Assembly: GCA_000091205.1 (NCBI GenBank)
Contig: AP006487.2
Direction: 5' to 3' (one strand)
Source of the DNA: Cyanidioschyzon merolae
Lineage: Eukaryota
Length of the DNA stretch: 64,000 nt
In this document: positions 55,831 to 64,000 of the stretch, piece after piece
Numbering within the stretch: position 1 is the stretch's first letter
Layout of the letters: the number at the start of each line of letters is the position of its first letter
Program-made: the position numbers and the translations under genes
Notes under the pieces: generated by a model
The model's database searches: none
What the model was told of the DNA's origin: nothing
Seen by the model: the letters and a program-made list of their open reading frames with translations, nothing else

Positions 55831-56085
55831 ACATAGGTATCGAAACAGACAATGTTCACTTCAAGGGTATCCTGATGTCTGCCCCTGCAATGCCTGAAAA
55901 ATCTCACTTGACGACACATCGACACGTCATGCACCATTCGAATGGTGGCGAATGACCAAAACGCGGCTGCAGAGCATCGCGCTCCATCCGGTCGCATCGC
56001 CGATACGCGCTGCGAATCCAGTACCGAAGCGTCCGAAACATGCCGAGGTAGACTCGTCATCGCTTGCGTCGACAACAAGGAACGC

Positions 56086-56952
56086 TCAGATCCGAAGGTC
56101 TCGGAGTCGGTCTAATCGTTGCATGAGATCGAGCTCCTCGGCCATGGCGCTCTGTGGCCCCGGATACGATCGCTCTTGCAGGCGATCCGCGAAAACATCC
56201 GTCCGAGCCGCAATCTCTGCACCATTCTCGCTATCAAAGAGATCCATGGAAGGTTCCCATTGTAACTCATAGTGCTCGGCTATGCGCTTCATTTCCCGTA
56301 CAATAACCTCTCTGGGGGGAATCCTCCATTCCAATAACCCAATCAGATTCAAATTTACACCGCTCGCATGCGGACGCTCAAAAATGAACAACGCGAAATC
56401 GGGGCCCCCAAACAGCCTCACGAATATGTGACCGACTTCATCGAGCTCCGTCACTGTGCCGGTTAGCGGCCCAGTGGCGGCGTCAGGAGGGGCAATGCGC
56501 GTTCCCGCGAACGAGTAACAGGCATAGATGATACTGTTGACGGCTTCTCGAATCTCGAGCGGAATTGGCACGACACTTTTCCGGGGATCTCGCTCATAAA
56601 TCCGAAAACATTGCTCAATCAAGTTGAAGCGGGCCTGCAAAAGCTCCGTGAAGAGCAAGAGCAAGTGCAGCGCCTCCTCGAGCTCCAGCTGGTGGTAGAG
56701 GTGCTCCACACGAACGCGCGCCAGTTCGGCACGCCCTGCTTGCCGCGCACCGGCCGATGCGAACGCAGCACCGTTGAGCTCGCTCTCGGGTGCCAGGAGT
56801 GCAGCAACTTCCCTTTCGGCAGTGATTATGCTTTGACGCAACCGGTTTTTGCGCAGAGCTAGGCGCGCGCGTGCCCCTTGCAAGAGTAAACGCGCCCGTG
56901 CAGGTGAAAACTGGCGAGACCGGTTCTCAAAAAGCCGCGTTATTCGCTTCAT
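56086..56952 (-). CDS. IST1: IST1 homolog (ESCRT-III-like regulator of Vps4)
   Basis: 'RAELARVRVEHLYHQLELEEALHLLLLFTELLQARFNLIEQ...EAVNSIIYACYSF' is colinear with the IST1 N-domain ('ARIRVEHIIREDYLVEAMEILELYCDLLLARFGLIQ'). The C-terminal 'EELDLMQRLDRLRDLRI' is MIM-like. ATG at 56950-56952. The track ORF extends to 57417 through antisense CAG repeats (CCRCCR…), which I take as non-coding. Confidence 0.7.
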   Translation of the reverse strand: MKRITRLFENRSRQFSPARARLLLQGARARLALRKNRLRQSIITAEREVAALLAPESELNGAAFASAGARQAGRAELARVRVEHLYHQLELEEALHLLLLFTELLQARFNLIEQCFRIYERDPRKSVVPIPLEIREAVNSIIYACYSFAGTRIAPPDAATGPLTGTVTELDEVGHIFVRLFGGPDFALFIFERPHASGVNLNLIGLLEWRIPPREVIVREMKRIAEHYELQWEPSMDLFDSENGAEIAARTDVFADRLQERSYPGPQSAMAEELDLMQRLDRLRDLRI

Positions 56953-57599
56953 GTCGTACAAGTCCGGGCACAGCGCGCGTTCGGTCGAGGGCGTCGTCAA
57001 GGCCGGCTTTCGCGGAAAGTAACCTGCGAGGTGTCCCGCCCGTCCCAGACGTTTAACGCACAAGGCGTCTGGAACGCTCAACGGAATACCAGTAAAGTCG
57101 AGTGCGACTCGGCGGAGACCCACGAGACTCGGTTCCAACCCTGGTAGCCGCGGAAGCGTAGTGCAGCGTGCGTTCCGGCGCGCGAAGGCCAGGTTATCGG
57201 CGCACCGTGTCCACTGAGTGTACAGGACAGCACCGCACCGTTTCATGAACGATCGATCGATTGATCGGCAGCAGCGGCAGCAGCAGCAGCGGCAGCAGCG
57301 GCAGCAGCGGCACGTCCCTGGAAGTCGTCGATTGCTGCGGCGGATTGCGCGGGCGCGATGCATTCGCGGTGGCGTTTTTCTCCAGTTGATGGTGTTCCAG
57401 CTGCAGATGCGTGCCACTGCATGTGCTTTTTTGCGATCTATAGCAGACGCGGTCGAATTGGATTCACTTGAAGGATTTAAAACATCTAGGAGAATGGTAT
57501 GGGCGTAAAAGTGGAGGATTTTGGAGCGTCGCCATCGCTCGGTTCTGCAAAGAAACGGGAACGATCCTCCTCTGACTGACGATCGTGCGACGAAGACGA

Positions 57600-57930
57600 A
57601 GAAGAACAGGGCAGAGTAGGCGAGAAAGTGTGTTTGCCTAACGAGATCATCACGGAACTGTAGTGGCAGAGAGGACGCAAGATCGAGGAATCATCGCAGT
57701 GGTGCGTTCAGCTTGCTGCGGAGCACATAGAGAACTCGTGAAGCGAGACTTCAACGCCGCCGTCGATACCAGAAAAGGTGCGGTACCGCAGACGAGAGAC
57801 GCGAGCGATGTGACGCGGGCGAAGGTTGCGGGCCAGCCTCACAGCATCGGCGTGTACGGGGTTAAGCTGAAGCCGATAGCAGGCGGCTGGTCAAAACAAG
57901 CAGGGAGGCGTCTGAGCGTAGGAATGTAAA
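57600..57930 (+). mobile_element. Fanzor/TnpB-like relic 3 (C-terminal fragment only)
   Basis: ORF 57663-57929 has 'SACCGAHRELVKRDFNAAVDTRK' (Zn-finger remnant plus RuvC-III motif). The 3'-terminal nucleotides 'ggctggtcaaaacaagcagggaggcgtctgagcgt' are homologous to copy 1 'ggccggtccaaaaacacggggtggcgtctgcacgt'. Confidence 0.4.
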
Positions 57931-58059
57931 TATCATTCACGGTCGAGGGACATTTTTTGTTTTCCTGACCCTCTCCAGGATACAATGAAGCATGTTGCCT
58001 GACCAGGGCGTAAACGCTCAAGTTCGGGCTCTTTTTTAACGATCTTGAATACTTGCGTT

Positions 58060-59300
58060 CGCGGGCCTGTCTGTAACCGCTTCCTTTGCCTGTCTCTCGG
58101 ATTTCCGGCTTTCAATATGCGAGTCCTTTGTTTTCCTGTGGATCCGTTGTAATCAAAAGAAGGACGTTTATGGCAGTTTGAAGGCCCCGATTCTGAAGTT
58201 CCAGGCTGTTCTCGACACCGCTAATGCACAACTGGAGGTTGCGATCAACGCTTTCGTTGTGTTCTTGCGATCTTCTTTGGATAGAACTGCGGTGTGCTCG
58301 TCGCAGCGGTGAGAGTTGCCTGTCATCAGATGTTCGCATGCGCCCAACAAATTCCCTCGTCCGAGCGATTCCCCTCTGTCGTGGAAACGCTTGCTTCAGC
58401 GCTCGATGCATTGCCTCAACGGATACGGAAAGCGCGACTCGATGCTTTGCTGCGGTGAAGCCTCTGGGCGATGCCCGCGGCGAGTACCCTCGTTGCGGCA
58501 CGGCGCACGCGCACGCTGTTCCATAAGGCAGAGAATTTCGTGGAATGCACAATGTCGTCCATGATGAACCAAGTATCCGACGGGAAGTGAAGGCCTGGGT
58601 AGACTTGGAAAAATTTCGGTTCCTGTACGCTACCTCCATGCGAAGCAGTCGATATGATGAATCAGGTCAGAGTCCGATGCCCTTTTCCATGCTAAATGAA
58701 GCGATGGGAGCCGCTGGTACCGCATCAAAAGAGAGCTATGATGGTGATGGTGATGCTGTAGAATGGCGTCTTGTCGATGAACACATATAGGGGGAAAAAG
58801 GCTGGCCTTTCGGACGCAATCGATGATTCGCATTGCCGAGTTCAGCGCTATCTCAGCATTGCTATGTGATCAAGTCATCCAGGGAAGATCTCGGGTGTAT
58901 GCTCTCGTCCATCCAGCGGCGCGAATCGCTGTACCCACAAATCCTCTTCAACCTGATTGGTAGAAAACCTGATGCATGCAAAGTCTGCGCATACCCTGTC
59001 TGTTTGACACGGAAAAGCATGCAGATTGCTACCCAGGACCTGGACCATGAAACCGGTTGGTTTACGAAACCTCGTTCGAGGGCGTCGCCATGCATCGGTC
59101 TTGCGGTGCCGCAACGATTTCCAGTGGCACAGCGCCCAGAGCGCCACGCCCAGGAGACAAGCGAGAATCCCAAGAATTCGGACGAATCCGTAAGACCCCA
59201 TTGCTACACTTCGGTTATCGAAGCTGTACACCTGAACAGCATTCCGATAAAAATGTCAAGCCAGGACTAGAGCCAGCAGTCCAGTGTCCCGTGTTCATTC
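58060..59300 (+). repeat. Mosaic dispersed repeat family, copy 3 (diverged A + A' + near-identical B)
   Basis: 58060-58800 is ~75% similar to module A/A' of copy 1. 58803-59300 is ~97% identical to 55335-55830. It starts ~130 bp downstream of Fanzor relic 3. Confidence 0.6.
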
Positions 59301-60582
59301 TGACCCAGCGGTAGTACCTGATGCGTCGATTATTCGCGTCATGCGGTCGAGAATTCTCGAGCGACCACTCAGCCATGCAGCTGCGAGCGCGCTGACATAG
59401 CGTAGGCGCTCAGAAGCGGCGTCCTTGAATAACCTATCGGATGGTGCGCCCGCTGAACACCGTGCTCTATCAACGCGGTGCTGGGAGCGTTCAGACTACC
59501 CCAGGAACATCCAGTGTCGATATCGGAGCTCAATGCGGAGCTCGAATACGCGACTGGCGCTGGCCGTGTACTAGGAATATAACCCACTCACAATGAGCAT
59601 AAACGTATCATCTCAACCTACAAGAGAAAGAGACTATCTGTCAAGCAGCTTTTCGAAACTCCCCTCGAGTTTCTCAGACACGACGAGCAGCACGGCGGCA
59701 CGATGCAGCAGCATTAGATAGCAGACGTGCAGCTGGAGCACGGCGTCGTACCGAACCCGGCGCCGCACTGCGCACTTTCCAGCACCTCCGAGCCAACACC
59801 GTATGCTGACCCAAGGATACGAGAACGCTGCTCCATCTCCTTGCAGCGTCCGGAGCGGCGCTACATACGTCATGCTGGGCGATCGTCGCAGGCAAGCGGT
59901 ACGCCATAGGATCGTACGAACCAAGCATGATCTCTTCCAAAAGAAAGTATCGTTCGATCTGATCAATAGTGCTAGCTGGTAGAGCTTGGATGGATGGTGC
60001 GGTATCATACGCACGACTCTAGATACCGATATGCATCGCGTTATCGATCATTCTCTGTGGGCAAAGGCAACGATCCGTCGATGAAAAGATATCATCGGTC
60101 GCATCCTCGAGCCGACGCCCGCTGTGTGTGGCACGACAACGCCGCTCTGTCTCTGTGAAGCGACCGCATCGGCGCTATAGGTGCCATTGCTGTCGCTTTC
60201 GGGAGGCACTAGGCACACACGATAGGACGCACGAAACGACCAGTATATTCGAGAAGAAGTATAGGTCATGTAACTTGGAAGTAGGGCGTCTGATAGATAC
60301 CTCACCGCGCACTGAAAAAAAAAGAAAGAAGAGCAAAATGCGCATAATCGGAGAACGCTGGCCGAACTTCAAGTTCTGTGAATGAAGAAATAAAAATCGA
60401 ACGCTGTCGAGGCGCCAGAGCGGCAATCCCCACAGGCGCGACGCAGACTCGCGTCTGCACGAGTACGACGGCCCAACAGCGCTAGTCTGCCGCTGTGTGC
60501 GTGATTGGGCACTACGAGCCCTGGCACCACATGTCACAGGCCCTGATAGAGAGACGGTACAGTCGTCTCACTAGAGCGATAG

Positions 60583-63500
60583 AATCGGCTCGTGTGCTTG
60601 GCACACGCTCTGAAGACCTACTCGGCGCTGAGCTACTGCCTCTGGAGCCGAGCCTTGGCTCGCCGTTGGCTCGGGGTAGGCCGCGTGATCGGCAGCTTGC
60701 CGAGCAGCTTCGGAATGGCACCGCTATTCTGACCATAGGTGAGGGAGCTGTTGCCCGGCGGATACCTCTTGAGATCGGTCGACTGGCAGTTGCGGTTTCG
60801 GATAGGATCGGGATCGGCGAGGCGGAGGCCGCGGAGCTCGTACTCAGTTGGGCGGACGAACTCGTCACCGTTTCCGTCGGTGGTGTTCGGGAAGCGGTAA
60901 CCGGAACCGACCCCGCACTGGTCTCTTATATTGAGGAACAGTATCTGCGGGAGCGTTGGGCGCTTCTGCAGGCGCTCTGGCTTATTCTGGCGACGCCTTT
61001 TCTGGACCCGCAGACTGGTACCGCTGTCGCTGCTCGGCCGCAGCGAAACGGGACCCGCACAGCCGAGCGACAGCCAGCGTCACAGCTTCCGTGGACGCAG
61101 ATCGAATGTCTTCTGCAGACGAGGCGGCGACTCGTTTCGGACTACAAACTGGTATCGAAACTGCTGGAGCGCCTGGAGACGCCGGAAAGTCTCTTCCCTG
61201 GGGAGCGGCGCGCACTCGCCCAGTGCCTCTTCACGCTCGCCTACAGCATCCAGTTCACTGCCGCGGATGCAATGTCGCTGACAAACCTATTCAAACGTTT
61301 TGTGCTTTCGATCGGCAGCGGAATCAGTGGTAATGACTCCAAAGCACAGATCACTCGTGGACCTCTACAGGGCTGCGGCCTCTTCGAAGCGATCGATGTG
61401 CTGATGCTCATGTCGTTGAGCTTGCGAGGCGTGCTGGATCCGACGCGCTACCATCCCTTGGAAGACTTGAATCATGAGCGTGCTGCATCTGGGCTCTTCT
61501 CCGCGAATAAGCTCCTAGAAGACGAGGCTTTCGTCACGGATTTGGTCCATTGCTTGGAGAACTGGTACGTGGACCTAGCGGACGCGTCAGCGGATTCGAC
61601 GTGGATGCATCGAACGGCACTGGCTGCGGAAGCGTCAGGCACGAAACAGGCGCCGAGCGGAGCAGTAGCGCACAGCGAGTCGGTGACGACGTGGCAGCGG
61701 CACGCTGCGAATCTGGTGCACCTGCTGGAGCCAGTTCCACTCGTTGGAGCGCTGTTCCTGATCGGGACTCCAGAGGCAGGTAAGAACGCCGTGCTGGTTC
61801 AAAAATACCTTGAGATGGCTTATCAGAGCCTCCAGCGCGGTGCGCTAACAGCCATCCTTGAACACTGGGTACCATGGCTCGACCAGCAGCCTGGCTTGAA
61901 CGGGGATGCACTTCGTCGACCCGGTGTCGGTGCGCTTGCGCCCCTTACCGTGGATCTGTTTGCAGACCTGGTGATGGACTTGGGCGCTGCAGGGCTCGTC
62001 ACGCGCGTCTTCGAAACCGCTGCACGAGCGATGGCCGACGTGGACCTGTGGGACAAGTCCGTTATTCCCAGGCACGGCAGCAGGCACGAACTGGACCCGC
62101 GACTCCAAGCGCCCGCGGATACCGCAGCTGCCACACACCGCGGACTTGAAACCGCCCTATGTGCTCAGATCGTACAAGTACTGGCAGCAGGGGCACGACT
62201 AGCGCCCGCAAATGCGTATCGGTTCGTCACGGAACCCATGGGTGAGTTTCAGGTGGACCTCATCCGCATCGTAGGCGATGCCTGTTTGGAACTCGTCGAG
62301 CTGCTCTACGCGCGAATCACCGGTGAGGACCTGCTGGTGGCTGCGGGTGACCAGGGCTCCCTCACCATACTCGATGAGCGCATAGCATCGGTCTCGTTTC
62401 CGATGATCACAGCGTTTCTGGAGTTGTTGCGTTATACAGCCGTATGCGCTGAGCCAGTCTGGGATTTCCTCGAGAACGGCGGTCATCCAGTGGCGAGTTA
62501 TGCGTACCTGATGCACGGTCTAGATGCCATGGCGAATCGGTGGGCGGTACCCGCGGGCACCTTCTCGCTGCCGCAACTTCGCCATGCAGCGGTCCTCGCT
62601 GGACTCATTCGCATCTTGACGGTGCTTACGGAAGTATCCCCGGAGATTGCTACATTACTGCGGTCAGAGGGTGCGCTCGTTGAGCACTGCATTCGCCTCA
62701 TAAGCGACCGACTGCCGACCGTAGTGCAACGTGCTGCAGCGGAGTGGCTCGTTCAACTAGGCGAGCGGGGCCCTGCTGCCGCCACACTGCAGCTCCAGCG
62801 GGCACTACAACAGCAGGGCATCTTCCAGACGTCGTTCGCCGTGCTTCAGGAGGCGTTTTGGAGAGCACGCGAGACCGGAGATTGCGGGTTTCTGACTAGT
62901 CTGCTGCGACTAGCAGCACTTGGTGTGGCCTCTGATGCTTCCGCTTGTGCGCGATACGCCATTACCCAGATCCTGGGTATCTGGGATCGCTTCGTTGCGT
63001 TTGATTTTACCGACGGATGGGCGCTCACTGCAGCGCTCATGGAGCTGGTGCACACCGTACTGGACGTTGAACGTCACTCGGAGCAAAACGTACCCGCTGC
63101 TGCTGGTGCTGGTGCTGGTGCTGGTGCTGCTCCTGAATCGATTTGGGCATTGCTGCAGAGGCCCAGTGAAGTGACCGGTGCGGCATCATCGGCTTCGCGG
63201 ACAATGTTCGCGATTGCAGCACGTGCCTGTCTTGTACTCCGCGACGACTGGTGGTGCCCATCAACAGCCCAGGAGGCGGCTGTCTGCGCACTGCGCGTCC
63301 TCTGCAGACTCGTTGCTGAAGAGCCGGTACCGAGCTCCGCGGTGACGGCTTCACGGCGAGCGATCGATGCTGGCCAGCAAGTCGCTGCTCTGTTGGCCCA
63401 ATGCACCGAACAGACGCTGGTCCTCTGTAGCGTCATCCATGCCTCGCTTTCGGGCAATGATCTGGTGATTGCCGCAGCGACACTGCTAACGATGCTCTGT

Positions 63501-64000
63501 AGACACGCGCCAGCAGTGGCAACGACACTTGCCGATCACAGTCTGTTTTCGCGTCAGTGTGCGCAGATACTGCTCTCGAGTACAGATGATCGCCTCTTGC
63601 GCGCTGTCGGTGAACTCCTGAGCAGTTGTGTGTACGCGGGCGCGCAGTCGTCAACTTGGCCGAGGCCGAGTTTCCTGCCATTCGGCCCGCGTGTCCATCC
63701 CGCTGGACGACGACTAGTCGGCATTGGGCCGTATCACGTGCGAGTCGGAGCACCGTTTATGGCGGTGTTACAACGCCTCTGGCAACTGGTGGAATGGCCG
63801 GTAGCCGCAGTTGCAACGCCTTTATTCCAGCTGCTGCAGAGCTTGCTCTCCGCTCCCGAACTGGTGATGCAGTTGGCGCCAGAGCTACTCCCTCGTAGTG
63901 AAATAAGCCGGCGGTCGATCCTGACCCTGTGGTTGCGCGTGCTGTGCGAGACGCAAGTTCCGCAGATGGATCGCGTGCAGCAACAAGAACACGAGATGCA
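60583..64000 (+). CDS. Large alpha-solenoid (HEAT/ARM-like) protein, partial; continues beyond the window end, 5' exon/start not identified
   Basis: One frame is open from ~60583 to 64000 (>1100 codons) with coding-like composition and helical-repeat character ('...LVSKLLERLETPESLFPGERRALAQCLFTLAYSIQFTAADAMSLTNLFKRFVLSIGSG...'). The first ~230 codons contain no ATG. The track omits it because it lacks a stop inside the window, and lists only short antisense ORFs here. Confidence 0.6.

Noticed and set aside
56953-57417. N-terminal extension of the IST1 ORF containing 'CRCCRCCRCCCCRCCR'
   Set aside because: It is generated by reading a (CAG/CGG)n repeat antisense. IST1 homology begins at the internal ATG 56950-56952.
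61534-63753. Many 60-130-aa minus-strand ORFs (e.g. 61534-61911, 61823-62134, 63074-63457)
   Set aside because: They are antisense to a single >1,100-codon plus-strand open frame with good coding character. GC-rich antisense strands commonly stay open.

Overview
This 64-kb window reads as a GC-rich (roughly 55-60%), intron-poor nuclear segment from a unicellular eukaryote (protist or alga-like), not a prokaryote. Genes alternate strands, and almost every recognisable product is a eukaryotic housekeeping protein encoded by one uninterrupted ORF. Recognised products are SUMO, SRP receptor alpha, a Drp1/Dnm1-like dynamin, GPN3, ZC3H15/DFRP1, IST1, HGPRT, a PRA1-family protein, a DHRS12-like SDR, an AS3MT/ArsM-type arsenite methyltransferase, an SSS-family symporter and a bacterial-type organellar MetRS with an N-terminal presequence. 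A 901-aa secreted protein combines a Kelch-type beta-propeller, a Thr-Pro linker, several trefoil (P-type)-like Cys-rich modules and polyQ/N. Two very large proteins (14624-19104 minus strand; at least 60583-64000 plus strand, running off the window) are of unknown function. The accessory content is the most interesting part. There are three degenerate Fanzor/TnpB-like (eukaryotic OrfB_IS605-type RuvC nuclease) loci that share a conserved C-terminal motif and 3'-terminal nucleotide block, and a solo copy of that 3' block. The best copy ends about 55-115 bp upstream of the SUMO start codon. There is also a light-dependent protochlorophyllide reductase (POR)-like gene inactivated by two in-frame stops and one frameshift, a Tc1/mariner-IS630-like DDE relic, and a three-copy mosaic repeat family (two 99%-identical direct copies flank the dynamin gene). 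Several mini- and microsatellites are present. No CRISPR array, rRNA gene or convincing tRNA gene was seen. Caveats: the supplied ORF track uses TTG/GTG as well as ATG starts, so I re-anchored starts to ATG where homology allowed. All coordinates are hand-derived and may be off by 1-2 nt. Product calls rest on remembered family motifs, not on database searches.
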